A stretch of 64,000 bases of DNA from a virus (IMGVR_UViG_3300005613_000045:1-64000), one strand, 5' to 3'. Positions 8,472-18,398 are shown, numbered from the stretch's first letter. Numbers and translations are program-made. The notes: generated from the letters alone by a model not told the origin.

Positions 8472-8924
8472 GTGACACAAATTATTCGTTTGGGTTATCC
8501 TTTTATGCAAAGACAAAGAATATCTAATCCTTATTCTGTAGAAAATAAACATGAAGGAGTAGATTTTGCAGCAGTAAAATCAGAAGACTATGCAGAGTTC
8601 TACGGTACACCTACTATTGCTACCCATGATGCGCAAATTCTTATCGGTTATTCTATTACGGGATATGGGTTATATGTTTATCTGAAATCTTTAGATGATC
8701 GTTTTGCTACACTTCATGCTCATTTATCAGAAACAATAGTTCCTGATCGAGAGATTGTTCATAAAGGAGATGTGGTCGGTTTGGTAGGTTGTACAGGAAA
8801 ATGTAAACCACCAGGAACACGAGGGACACACCTACATTTTGGATTCCGTACTCTTCCTGTGAGGACTAAATCTTATTGGGATTATGGGTATGTTGATCCT
8901 ATACCATTTATGGAGATGCTTTAA
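8472..8924 (+). CDS. M23-family (LytM-like) metalloendopeptidase, a candidate lysin
   Basis: GTG start with a GAGGAG RBS. HxxxD (HEGVD) and HxH (THLHFG) motifs are characteristic of peptidase M23. Confidence 0.7.
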   Translation: MTQIIRLGYPFMQRQRISNPYSVENKHEGVDFAAVKSEDYAEFYGTPTIATHDAQILIGYSITGYGLYVYLKSLDDRFATLHAHLSETIVPDREIVHKGDVVGLVGCTGKCKPPGTRGTHLHFGFRTLPVRTKSYWDYGYVDPIPFMEML

Positions 8925-9191
8925 ATGCTTGAATTCTCTTACGCTATTCGAGGAGAAGAGGAAGGGTGGGCAGAGAAAAAAGGGTTGATGCTAGAGAATC
9001 CTAGAGAATTGGCTAACAAGTCTGCAAGCTATGGTAGAGACATGTTTGTATTCTGGATGATAGAGCCAGATGGTAAGCTTCACTTTTATCGTTATCCAGA
9101 TATGATTAAAGATCTTCATTGGACAGGGCGAGAAGTTTTTCCTATTGATGCTTCTGATTTTATTAGTTGGGAGAAAGAATTATGTCAGTAA
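8925..9191 (+). CDS. Hypothetical protein
   Basis: 88-aa ORF; ATG overlaps the upstream stop. Confidence 0.5.
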   Translation: MLEFSYAIRGEEEGWAEKKGLMLENPRELANKSASYGRDMFVFWMIEPDGKLHFYRYPDMIKDLHWTGREVFPIDASDFISWEKELCQ

Positions 9192-10168
9192 AAAAGTTTG
9201 GTCCTTTTCTACAAAAGAATTCTACAAAAGTTTTTTTAAATGGTGCTCCTGTTGTTAAATTAATTGATCCTTCGATTCAAACAATCAAGGATGTTCGTGA
9301 TGCTATAGGGCCTAAGACACTTATTATTGTAAGAAAATTTTTTAAATCACAACCGCTGAAAGATCCTATTGGCGAAGCACAAAACTGGGGTAATATTTTT
9401 CTTCCCTACGTGACTTCGGGCTTGGATCGTAATGTTGTTTTTGAAGGATACAACGAAATCTCTGATGCAGACACAAGCGTACATGCAGTTTTTGAAGAAT
9501 ACAGACAAGCATTCTTACATCAATATGGCTATGGTGGAGTGTATGGTAATCATGGTGTAGGTAATCTTGATAACCGAAGTGCTCAACCATACGCTAAATT
9601 AGTTAGTAAATTTAATGATCGAGATTTTTTTGGTTGGCATTCTTATTGGGGAACAGATCAAACAGTTCTTAATCCTTGGCACACACTTCGCTGGACTCTT
9701 GTAGATATGCTTAAAGATGTTCCTGCTTTGGTTACAGAGTGTGGTAGAGATTTTGTTAAAGATATTAATCTGTCTCCTAGCTTGTGGGGAACACGAGGAT
9801 GGAGACTGGGAAAAATTTCTGAAGAGCAATACTATAACGAGTTTATGTCTTTTGGTGCTGCTTTGGATAGTTTCGATAATCTTGCAGGAGCAACAATATT
9901 TTTGGTTGGTCCTTGCGAAACACAGTGGGATAATTACCAATCCGAAAAATTATATCGCAGGATTAAAGAGAATCAAACAGAGAATTATTTTTATGTTTCG
10001 GATCAACCAATCCCCCCTGTGGATAGTCCTGAAGAACCTGACCACCCTATAGATCTGTTAGATCAGTTGTTTACTAAAACTTATAAGAATTTAACACAAA
10101 TCCAAAAACTCGTTGGTGAGGTAGAGGATGATGTAGAAAGTATGAGGAAGATGGTTTATGGGAAGTAA
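9182..10168 (+). CDS. Putative clan GH-A (GH5-like) glycoside hydrolase
   Basis: Start refined to ATG 9182. VVFEGYNEISD resembles the GH5 acid/base NEP signature and LVTECGRD resembles the nucleophile region. Read by eye only. Confidence 0.5.
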   Translation: MSVKKFGPFLQKNSTKVFLNGAPVVKLIDPSIQTIKDVRDAIGPKTLIIVRKFFKSQPLKDPIGEAQNWGNIFLPYVTSGLDRNVVFEGYNEISDADTSVHAVFEEYRQAFLHQYGYGGVYGNHGVGNLDNRSAQPYAKLVSKFNDRDFFGWHSYWGTDQTVLNPWHTLRWTLVDMLKDVPALVTECGRDFVKDINLSPSLWGTRGWRLGKISEEQYYNEFMSFGAALDSFDNLAGATIFLVGPCETQWDNYQSEKLYRRIKENQTENYFYVSDQPIPPVDSPEEPDHPIDLLDQLFTKTYKNLTQIQKLVGEVEDDVESMRKMVYGK

Positions 10169-10364
10169 TCAGACAAAATATTTTATTCGTTCTAAAGACA
10201 CAGGAATTTATCATCTAGTGAAAAACGAATTGAAAGGTGGTTTTCACCAAACCCTGTGTAATCTTATGGTACCACAAGTAGACACAGGAGATCCTCCAAC
10301 AGGCTATCGTCTGTGTCATCATTGCCAGGTTGTTCGAGATCGAGACGAACAACGAAGTAGTTGA
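10158..10364 (+). CDS. Small Cys/His protein
   Basis: 68-aa ORF with C...C and CHHC. Confidence 0.45.
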   Translation: MGSNQTKYFIRSKDTGIYHLVKNELKGGFHQTLCNLMVPQVDTGDPPTGYRLCHHCQVVRDRDEQRSS

Positions 10365-10443
10365 CAATTTATATTTAAAGCAGTAAAGTGTATTTACAAT
10401 AAAGATTATCCATCCTCCTTACGGTGTGTGGTTTCTCCCAGAT

Positions 10444-10484
10444 AAAGCCTGAGAGTCCTCTCCTCTCAGGCTTTGTCGTGTTTT
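10444..10484 (+). terminator. Rho-independent terminator
   Basis: 12-bp perfect stem AAAGCCTGAGAG/CTCTCAGGCTTT with a 7-nt loop, followed by GTCGTGTTTT. Confidence 0.7.
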
Positions 10485-10488
10485 ATAC

Positions 10489-10517
10489 TTGACACAGTTG
10501 GCGCATACTGATATGAT
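10489..10517 (+). promoter_or_regulatory. sigma70-type promoter TTGACA-N17-TATGAT
   Basis: Exact hexamers with a 17-bp spacer, immediately after the terminator. A GGAGGAG RBS and ATG 10559 follow. Confidence 0.65.
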
Positions 10518-10558
10518 GCAATTGTGATAAGTATACATAATCTTGGAGGAGATTTATA

Positions 10559-10942
10559 ATGTCTCAGACAAGCATCATCGAAGAAAAATATAAAGCTTGG
10601 TTAGGGACACCTCAAAGGCTTCGTCCAGCAGGACTGACAACGAAGAATCAGTTTGCTAAGAAATTTGATATAGACCCTGAAACGTTGGAACTCTGGCAAT
10701 TGCAACCTCGCTTTTGGGATGATGTCTTTGCTTCTGCTCGTAGTATTATTGGTTCTGAAATGTCTTCTATTATGGAAGCACTTTTGGAACGAGCGGAGGG
10801 TGGTAGCGTACAAGCTATCAAACTTTGTTTGGATCTATTGGGTGTGCATTCTGATAGTTTGGAATTGACTCACTCATTTAAGAATGATCAACTTGTACTT
10901 GTGTATGGTAACGCAGAAATTCCTAGCGAAGAAGAGGAGTAA
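10559..10942 (+). CDS. DNA-binding protein, candidate small terminase subunit
   Basis: 127 aa. It sits one small gene (10946..11353) upstream of the large terminase, is the first gene after the promoter, and has an acidic C-terminus. Confidence 0.4.
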   Translation: MSQTSIIEEKYKAWLGTPQRLRPAGLTTKNQFAKKFDIDPETLELWQLQPRFWDDVFASARSIIGSEMSSIMEALLERAEGGSVQAIKLCLDLLGVHSDSLELTHSFKNDQLVLVYGNAEIPSEEEE

Positions 10943-10945
10943 TTC

Positions 10946-11353
10946 ATGGAGAATTTGTTTACGATTGAAGATATGCTAAAGATTACTTGGGCTAGTCTTT
11001 CAAATCCTATCTCGCTCGCAATCTTTACTGTACTATTCATGCAACTGATTGGTAAGAATGTTATTGAACTGGGTCGTTATATTGTACTCAAGTTCGTAAT
11101 GAAGAAAGAAGTTGTTCCTGTATTGGATGGTTCAGAGGATTGGCCATTGCGAGGTGTGTTCTTTAATTTTGTGACTTATGCTTTTACTTTTGTATTGGCT
11201 AGGATGCAAGTTTCTGATACTTTCGCTGGGGGAGACGCTTTTGTGCTCTCTATTCTGGCTTCAACCTTCTCGATTGCTGTGTACGAAATTGTTAAGAACA
11301 TGCTTAAAATTGGGGGAGTGGAACTTATTACCAAGGGGTATAAGTGGCACTAA
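10946..11353 (+). CDS. Small integral membrane protein (3-4 TM helices)
   Basis: Hydrophobic segments ISLAIFTVLFMQLIG and YAFTFVLARM. Confidence 0.55.
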   Translation: MENLFTIEDMLKITWASLSNPISLAIFTVLFMQLIGKNVIELGRYIVLKFVMKKEVVPVLDGSEDWPLRGVFFNFVTYAFTFVLARMQVSDTFAGGDAFVLSILASTFSIAVYEIVKNMLKIGGVELITKGYKWH

Positions 11354-11358
11354 ACTAA

Positions 11359-12873
11359 ATGCCTAACTATTTTAAAGTTAGAAAAAATTTAGAGCCTTTT
11401 TTTAACTCCTATGCCCGTTTTTTACTGTTAGCTGGCGGCGTGGGTTCAGGCAAAACGGCATCAGGATCTGTGCTTGCTGTTAAAAAGATTGGGGAAGGTA
11501 AGGATGGTATTATAGTATCTCCTGACTTTCCCCAGCTTTCTCGTGCTACATGGCCAGAATTTATCAAATGGGCACCAATGTCTCGCTGTATCAATGCTCA
11601 CCTAGACCATCCATTCACACAGAAGAAGCAACTAAAATTTAATGTGAATGGTAAGATTGTTACCGTCTACTATGGTGGTATCGAAGATGAAGAAGGTTGG
11701 GCAGGTCCTAACGTAAACTGGGCATGGTTCGATGAAGGTGGTCGTAAGAGAACCAAGCGTGCTTTTGAAGTTCTCTCTGCTCGTATTCGTGTAGGCGATA
11801 ACCCCCAACTTTTTGTTACTACCACACCTGCAGGTACTTCACACTGGTTGTATGATATTTTTGTAAAGCAGGATTTTCCAGAAGAAGTATTACAAGCTCT
11901 AAAAGATTCTGGGTATGAAGGAAATCTTGCAGAATATATCCATGTAAAGACAGAAGAGAATAAAGAAAACCTCGATCCTTTCTATTATCTCTCTCTATCA
12001 AGTATGTATAGTGGTAAGGCAAAATCTCAGGAACTAGAAGGACAGTTTGTTTCGGCTGAGGGTGTGGTCTGGGAAAATCTGGACATGAACGAGGGTGGAA
12101 GAAACTGCACTGTGGATGCAGATTATGTTCCTGGAGTTCCTGTAGAATGGTGGGTGGACGACGGTTTTACTGAAGGACACCCTAGAGTTATGCTATTCGC
12201 TCAAGTAATTCCTCCTTACATTAATGTTTTTGATGAGCATATTAGTCTAGGAAAACTTCCAGAAATTTCTATTGCAGAAGCATTAGAAATGCCTTATAGT
12301 AAACCTACGATTGCTTATGTTGACTCGGCTGCTGCAGAATTAAGATCTCGTATTTGGCTTACAGATATTGATACAGTTTCGGCAACACACTCTGTAGAGG
12401 AAGGTATTAAACGTACATCATCCTGGATCTGTGATGCTAATTATGTAGGACATCTAAGATTTCATCCTCGTTGTACTTTCTCTCGTAAACAGATGCCTAA
12501 CTATTTTAGAGATCCTAAAACACAAAAGCCTATTAAAGATATGGATGACGTATCTGATGCAGTGCGTTACGGACTGTGGACAAAAGATAGAGAAACTATT
12601 TGGAATTCTATTACACCCAATTATACAAAATTGCTTATGGATCGTCGTGGTGTAGCAGATCAATTAGCAAAAGAAAAAGAAGAAGAACGTCTTCAACAAA
12701 TAGAAAATGATCCTTTGTCGCATTTATCTCCTTCTGGTATTATTACTCCAGAAGGACTCGATAAATTATACGCACAGCAGATAAGAGCTTCTAAAGCAGG
12801 ACATAACAGAAGGCAAGGTATGTATAATCCTACGATGGAAGATCTTATGAATCTTATGGAAGGTCGTTTATAA
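11359..12873 (+). CDS. terL: Terminase large subunit (ATPase plus nuclease)
   Basis: Walker A LLAGGVGSGKTASG and Walker B WAWFDEGG; 504 aa, typical size; sits before the portal. Confidence 0.85.
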   Translation: MPNYFKVRKNLEPFFNSYARFLLLAGGVGSGKTASGSVLAVKKIGEGKDGIIVSPDFPQLSRATWPEFIKWAPMSRCINAHLDHPFTQKKQLKFNVNGKIVTVYYGGIEDEEGWAGPNVNWAWFDEGGRKRTKRAFEVLSARIRVGDNPQLFVTTTPAGTSHWLYDIFVKQDFPEEVLQALKDSGYEGNLAEYIHVKTEENKENLDPFYYLSLSSMYSGKAKSQELEGQFVSAEGVVWENLDMNEGGRNCTVDADYVPGVPVEWWVDDGFTEGHPRVMLFAQVIPPYINVFDEHISLGKLPEISIAEALEMPYSKPTIAYVDSAAAELRSRIWLTDIDTVSATHSVEEGIKRTSSWICDANYVGHLRFHPRCTFSRKQMPNYFRDPKTQKPIKDMDDVSDAVRYGLWTKDRETIWNSITPNYTKLLMDRRGVADQLAKEKEEERLQQIENDPLSHLSPSGIITPEGLDKLYAQQIRASKAGHNRRQGMYNPTMEDLMNLMEGRL

Positions 12874-14244
12874 ATGCCACAAGATCCTGAAACTTTTACT
12901 TCGATGAGTGTCCAAGATAGAACCGAAACAGCGTTGATGCACGAATCTCCGCTGGTGTTCTATATGGCTGGGTTAGCTGATGGTGTACCTGCTTGGCCTT
13001 CTGTGGATCGAGACAAGTTTTTGGATAACATTTGGAAAGAAGAATCTCTTCTTTCTGGTGCTGTTTATTCTATGTGTGCAAAGGTAGGAGCGCTAGACTT
13101 TCGTTTAAAAGGACCACGAAACGCAGTTAAACGTAATAAGACAATGCTTCAAGGATCTGACCTGGGAAATGGTTGGATTCGTTTTGTTATGACCACCACA
13201 CTTGATATGCTCACACAAGATAATGGTGGATTTATCGAAGTGTTACGTCCTCCTGGTGCCTCTCCTGCAACATCTGCTGCAGGTATTGCTCATCTAGATT
13301 CACAAAAATGCACACTTACAGGTGATCCAGAATTCCCTGTTATTTATATTGACTCACATAACAGACAGCATTTGTTGGCTTGGTATCAGGTTATTTCTTT
13401 GGTTGATTTACCATCAGCACGAGAAGAACATCTGGGCAAAGGTTTTTGCGCAATAAGTCGCATCCTTCGTACAGCACAAATGATTCGTGATGTAGCACTC
13501 TACAAGCGTCAAAAGCTTTCTGGTAAAAGAGTTCCAGGTATTTTGTTTGTTAATGGTGCGCGGCGTAATGATGTTAAAGCAGCTATTACTCGCAGCATGA
13601 TTGAAGAATCCGAGAACTTGGATCGCACACTCTATACAGGACCTGTGATTGTGTCAGGTCAAGACTCTACCAGTAACGTAAGCGCACAGTTAGTAGAACT
13701 AGCCTCATTGCCTGATGGGTATAATGAAGACACTTTATTCAAGTGGTATATTACTTCACTTGCACTTGCCTTTGGTACAGATTATTCTGAGTTTGCTCCG
13801 CTTCCTGGTGGAGGATTAGGTTCTTCTTCTCAGATCGAAGGCATGGCTGCACGAGCACGAGGCAAAGGTCCTGGTATTATTCTACAGCAAATTGAATATG
13901 CGATGAATCATTATGTTCTTCCTAATACTGTGGAGTTTCAATTTGTTTCTTCTGACCCTTCTGCAGAAACACAGCGTATCGAACTTGCTCATGCACGCGC
14001 AAGAGAGCGTGCTTTGCGTGTAAACTCTGAAGAAATTACGCCTTTGCAAGCCTTACGATTGGCTGTTACTGAGGGCGATGCTCCAGAATCTTTTCTTCTT
14101 GAAGCAGAGAATCAATTACTCCCAGAAGAAGAAACTGATACAGAAGACAGCATTGAACGCATTATTCGTTCTGCTCAGGATCTGAATGAGTCTTATCAAA
14201 AGATTCAAAAAGTAATTGAGAGTAAGCATTATGTTGTTTCATAG
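12874..14244 (+). CDS. Portal protein (positional assignment)
   Basis: 456 aa, immediately after terL with ATG overlapping TAA; acidic C-terminus. Confidence 0.6.
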   Translation: MPQDPETFTSMSVQDRTETALMHESPLVFYMAGLADGVPAWPSVDRDKFLDNIWKEESLLSGAVYSMCAKVGALDFRLKGPRNAVKRNKTMLQGSDLGNGWIRFVMTTTLDMLTQDNGGFIEVLRPPGASPATSAAGIAHLDSQKCTLTGDPEFPVIYIDSHNRQHLLAWYQVISLVDLPSAREEHLGKGFCAISRILRTAQMIRDVALYKRQKLSGKRVPGILFVNGARRNDVKAAITRSMIEESENLDRTLYTGPVIVSGQDSTSNVSAQLVELASLPDGYNEDTLFKWYITSLALAFGTDYSEFAPLPGGGLGSSSQIEGMAARARGKGPGIILQQIEYAMNHYVLPNTVEFQFVSSDPSAETQRIELAHARARERALRVNSEEITPLQALRLAVTEGDAPESFLLEAENQLLPEEETDTEDSIERIIRSAQDLNESYQKIQKVIESKHYVVS

Positions 14245-14944
14245 AAAAGATCCTAAAGGCTTTGTCTATGTTTCCTCTCCTGAAAATCAAAGAGGATTTA
14301 TAGATGTTAATGCTTATATTGAAGGACAGAACCAAAATAAAATAGAAGCAGTTATAGAACAACTACAAACATATTTAACTACAGTAGCCGAAGATGTTGA
14401 AAAATTTTATAATTTTACTTGTAGAGCTTGGGAACACAAACCTAAATTTACTAGAACAATTGTTTCAGGACAAGATCTTCATGTAGCAGTTTATCTTGAT
14501 GAGCAGGCTAGTCAAGGAAAAACTAGAACAGGATTAAATCCTGCACAGCTTTATGCTCTAATTGAAACAGGAGCTAAGGCTCACCTTATCGAAGCAAAGA
14601 ATAAAGCTACTTATGAAGTTAGTTCTGCACAAGGAACGCTTGTAATGCGCAGAGCAAAACCCATGCTTGTTTTTAAATATCCTTATTCTTCTAGTTCAAT
14701 GGCTAATAGTTTTAATTCTGTGAAACATAGTGTAGGCGATAACTACGCTATAAAGCCTTCTGTAAATCATCCAGGTTTTGAGGGTAGAAATTATACAGAA
14801 AGAATTTCTAGCGTTGCTGAAACTGTTGTCGCTAGAGATGGACCAAAAATTATTGAGAAAACTTTATACGATCTTTCTGTTCGTGGTAAAATTTCTAACT
14901 TTGCTAGAGAATTAGGCAAACAAGCGGGTTCTTTATTTAAGTAG
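14216..14944 (+). CDS. Hypothetical head-morphogenesis protein; the start may be ATG 14231
   Basis: 242-aa ORF between portal and protease. Confidence 0.5.
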   Translation: MRVSIMLFHRKDPKGFVYVSSPENQRGFIDVNAYIEGQNQNKIEAVIEQLQTYLTTVAEDVEKFYNFTCRAWEHKPKFTRTIVSGQDLHVAVYLDEQASQGKTRTGLNPAQLYALIETGAKAHLIEAKNKATYEVSSAQGTLVMRRAKPMLVFKYPYSSSSMANSFNSVKHSVGDNYAIKPSVNHPGFEGRNYTERISSVAETVVARDGPKIIEKTLYDLSVRGKISNFARELGKQAGSLFK

Positions 14945-14958
14945 CTCAGGAGATCCTT

Positions 14959-16944
14959 ATGCCCTACACAATTAAACCTGTAGACGGAAAATTCTGTATA
15001 TACAAAGAAGATCCTAATGGTCAACCTATGGGAGAACCTTTGCATTGTCATCCTTCGCAAGAAGCGGCAGTCGCACAGATTGCAGCAATTATGGCGAGTG
15101 AAAGATTTCCTCGTAAGAAGGATAAGAAAGATGTTCTGCTTCCAGCAGAGCGAGATCTGTTTGCCGAAATAGATAAATTACCTGCTGTTTCTGCTGAACC
15201 ACCTGTGGTCCCTTCAGTAGAACCTGTGGTTAAAGTTACAATTACTCCTGAGTATCAGCAAGAAATTACAGAGTTGTGTGGTGTCTTTGCTTCTAAGTTA
15301 GGTTATGAAGTAGCAGTGGTAGATAAAGAAGATCAATCTTTTCTTACCATTAATCTTCCTCATAATGGTTTATTGACTACACCAATTAAAAAGAGTGAAG
15401 ATACAGCTAAACTATTTCCTAATGTTCTATTGGAGACAAGCATTCCTGTTACAGAGATGGTAATAGATTACGAACCTGCAAAAAAGTATCTTACTAAAAT
15501 GGTTTCAGAATCTGTGATTAAGGTTACTGTTGATCCTTCAGAAGATACTCGACAAGATTCTGAAGAAGATGAAGAAGGTTCTGAGACTTGCAAGTGTACA
15601 GAATGTGGTTATGAAGCTCCTCATAAAGGCGGAGAACCTTGTGTAAATAAGTATTGTCCTGAATGCGGAGCCAAGATGATGAATGGTAAAGCAGAGGACG
15701 AGAAGGAAAAGGTTACTCCTGTGAAAGAAGAACCTGATGATGAGGTAGTTGAATTGGGCCATCGTAAAACTACTGCAGAAATGTTTGATTCTGTAATTAA
15801 CTTTGTGCGTCAAGTTGTAGGGTTTACTGTCGCTACGAAGAACCGTACTCTAGATAATGATTTGGATAAGATTCTTACTCTCATTAAAGAGATGAAAGAA
15901 ACTAAACCAGTCTTATTTACGGTGAAGAGCGGCGTTGATAAATATAGGTGGGTAGCTATCTCTTCTTCTAACTATCAAGATCGTGATGGAGAAATAGTAC
16001 CTACGAAAGCTTTGGAAAAAGATGTTTTAAATAATCCGACAGACAGAGGAAAACTACTCTTCTGGCACGAGCCTTCCCTAGAGTTAGGTGAGTGTGATTT
16101 TGCTGTTGTCTCTGATGGTTTTCTTGTGGAATCTGGTTACTGGTACAATAATAATCTTGGGGTGGCTGCTCGCAAAGCTGTAGAGCAACGTAGTAGCTAT
16201 TATGGTATGAGTATCGGATTTCAAGCATACGTTCCAGATATTGAAGAAAAACAAGTTGTAGGTGATAAAAATGTAAAATCAGTATATAATACAATTAGAA
16301 CTGTTGAACGTTCTTTGTTACCTGCAAAATGGGCATCTAATTTGTTTACAGCTATACAGACGAAAGGACACGAGATAATGGACCCGACAAAGTTGGCTGA
16401 GTTTGAAGGAATGGTTGGTAAGGAACTAGCTTCTGCTGTACTTGAAAAGATTACAAACAGCAAGAAAGAAGCTGAAGCTGTGGGTGTTGTTTCTAAAGAA
16501 GTGACTGTAGAAAATCCTTCTCCTTTGGAAGTTATGATCAAGTCTCTTGCCGAGGCTGGTTATACTGAGGAGGCCGAAGCTCTTAAAGCTTCAAAGCCTG
16601 CGAAGAAAATGACTCCCGAAGAAGAGGAAGCTGCTAAGGAAGAAGAAGATAAGAAGAAACTTCCTCCTCAGTTTGCTAAGAAAGAGCAAGCTACTCCTGA
16701 CGAGTCAGCAACTCTTGCTACACTTCTTTCTACTTTGATGGAACAGCAAGCTAATCTCACAAAAGAGATTGGTGAACTTAAAGCAAGCCAATCCACGCAG
16801 CAGGGTTTGGTACGCCCCTCACAGACTGTTGATACCGTTGTAAAAGAGGGCACTATCACACCTGTGGTAGAAAAGTCTGCTGGTGATATTGTTCTCGATA
16901 GTATGACTCAATCTATGCTTAATCGTCTTAATGGAGGTGCGTAA
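14959..16944 (+). CDS. Prohead protease (HK97-like S78) fused to a scaffold-like acidic coiled-coil region; contains a zinc ribbon
   Basis: Central WHEP and GMSIGF motifs, proposed by eye as catalytic His/Ser, compatible with an HK97-type S78 prohead protease. Zinc ribbon CKCTECG...CPECG. C-terminal Glu/Lys/Ala-rich region. Sits before the capsid gene. Confidence 0.5.
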   Translation: MPYTIKPVDGKFCIYKEDPNGQPMGEPLHCHPSQEAAVAQIAAIMASERFPRKKDKKDVLLPAERDLFAEIDKLPAVSAEPPVVPSVEPVVKVTITPEYQQEITELCGVFASKLGYEVAVVDKEDQSFLTINLPHNGLLTTPIKKSEDTAKLFPNVLLETSIPVTEMVIDYEPAKKYLTKMVSESVIKVTVDPSEDTRQDSEEDEEGSETCKCTECGYEAPHKGGEPCVNKYCPECGAKMMNGKAEDEKEKVTPVKEEPDDEVVELGHRKTTAEMFDSVINFVRQVVGFTVATKNRTLDNDLDKILTLIKEMKETKPVLFTVKSGVDKYRWVAISSSNYQDRDGEIVPTKALEKDVLNNPTDRGKLLFWHEPSLELGECDFAVVSDGFLVESGYWYNNNLGVAARKAVEQRSSYYGMSIGFQAYVPDIEEKQVVGDKNVKSVYNTIRTVERSLLPAKWASNLFTAIQTKGHEIMDPTKLAEFEGMVGKELASAVLEKITNSKKEAEAVGVVSKEVTVENPSPLEVMIKSLAEAGYTEEAEALKASKPAKKMTPEEEEAAKEEEDKKKLPPQFAKKEQATPDESATLATLLSTLMEQQANLTKEIGELKASQSTQQGLVRPSQTVDTVVKEGTITPVVEKSAGDIVLDSMTQSMLNRLNGGA

Positions 16945-18398
16945 TGGAATCTGAAGTTTTGCTGCAACTAGCTAAAGCTGTTCAGGCTTTAGCTGATTCG
17001 AGTAGCACAAGCAAGAAAAAGTCTTTGACTGGTGTTGCTGACGCTCAGTTGATCTTTGGCCCTGGTGGTTTCTTTAGTAATTTTGGTATTGACAACACTG
17101 TTGTTAATGCTAGTCTTACTCCACGAGGTATGGGCGATCTCATTCCTGCGATGGGTACTAATGTTCTCTATCCTGTATTCCCTTATCTTACAGGGTTTGA
17201 GGAAGATGGTTCGGCAGAGCCTGCTGGTCCGTGTGATGACGCCCCTGGTGGTGTCATTGAAACTTGTCACCAGACTGCGGCCTTTGGTCGTGTAGCTCGT
17301 GGCTCTAAGGAGATGGAAGTCAACGATCTGATGCAGATTCTTAACGGCCATCTGACCACAGATCTGCGTCTGATGGGTGATGTTATCAATCCTGGTCATC
17401 AGCTTATGCCTCAGCAAGGCGTGAATCAGAACGATATGCTGAAGCAGGTTGTTCAGACTCAGATGGTGATTATCGCTATCGCTTTCCAGCGCTGGTTGAC
17501 TCGTCGTTTGTGGACTGGTAATCCTACCAATAATAACGTTGGTGGTGGTTATGCTGAGTTCCCTGGTTTGGATATTCTTATCTCGACCAACAAAGTTGAC
17601 GCCTTTACTGGTGTAGCTTGTCCTGCTCTGTACTCAGATATTAAAGACTTTGCCTTTAATTCTGTGGATAGTGGTACTCCTGACATCCTAAATCATATCA
17701 GTATGATGGAATACTACTTGCGTCATATCGCAGAGCGCACTAACCTTATGCCTGTTGATTGGGTTATCGCTATGCGTCCTGAGTTGTTCTTTGAGCTTAC
17801 GGCTGTGTGGCCTTGCAAGTATCTTACCTATCGTTGTGCTGACGCTGCTGGTGCTGATGTTACTGTTATGAACGATGACACCAATGTGCGTATGCGTGAT
17901 GAGATGCGTAATGGTAACTTCTTGCTGGTTAATGGTCGTAAAATTCCTGTTATCACTGATGATGGTATTTACGAAGATAACAACGAGACTGATGGTCGTT
18001 TGCTCCCTGGTGAATATGCTTCAGACATCTACTTCATTCCTGTGAAGGCTAAGGGTATGCCTGTTCTTTACTGGGAATATTTGGATTACACTGAGGGTGT
18101 TTCACAGGCTAACGCTGTTACTCAAGGCAAGGGTCAGTTCTGGGCTACTGATGGTGGTCGCTACCTGTGGGCTATGCAGAACCAGAACTACTGCTTCAAG
18201 ATTCAGGCTAAGATTCAGCCTCGCGTGATTCTTAAGACTCCGCAATTGGCTGGTCGTATTCAGAATGTGAAGTACAGTCCGTTGCAGCATCTCCGTAGTC
18301 CTTTCGAGGATTCGCCCTACTTTATGAAGGGTGGTAATGAGGAGTACACGAATAGTATTGCTACCCTCTACAGTGATTGGAATCTTCCTGTCACCTAG
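16944..18398 (+). CDS. Major capsid protein (positional; HK97-fold presumed)
   Basis: 484 aa directly after the protease/scaffold; strong GGAGGTG RBS. Codon usage is distinct, rich in CGT/CTG/GGT and suggesting high expression. A strong hairpin lies downstream. Confidence 0.6.
   Translation: MESEVLLQLAKAVQALADSSSTSKKKSLTGVADAQLIFGPGGFFSNFGIDNTVVNASLTPRGMGDLIPAMGTNVLYPVFPYLTGFEEDGSAEPAGPCDDAPGGVIETCHQTAAFGRVARGSKEMEVNDLMQILNGHLTTDLRLMGDVINPGHQLMPQQGVNQNDMLKQVVQTQMVIIAIAFQRWLTRRLWTGNPTNNNVGGGYAEFPGLDILISTNKVDAFTGVACPALYSDIKDFAFNSVDSGTPDILNHISMMEYYLRHIAERTNLMPVDWVIAMRPELFFELTAVWPCKYLTYRCADAAGADVTVMNDDTNVRMRDEMRNGNFLLVNGRKIPVITDDGIYEDNNETDGRLLPGEYASDIYFIPVKAKGMPVLYWEYLDYTEGVSQANAVTQGKGQFWATDGGRYLWAMQNQNYCFKIQAKIQPRVILKTPQLAGRIQNVKYSPLQHLRSPFEDSPYFMKGGNEEYTNSIATLYSDWNLPVT

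Noticed and set aside
16989-17417. Antisense and alternative-frame ORFs inside the capsid gene (16989..17417 -, 17056..17295 +) and inside the fiber GC-rich patch (40314..40526 -, 40408..40602 +)
   Set aside because: These are shadow ORFs created by locally elevated GC and biased codon use of the genuine sense gene.
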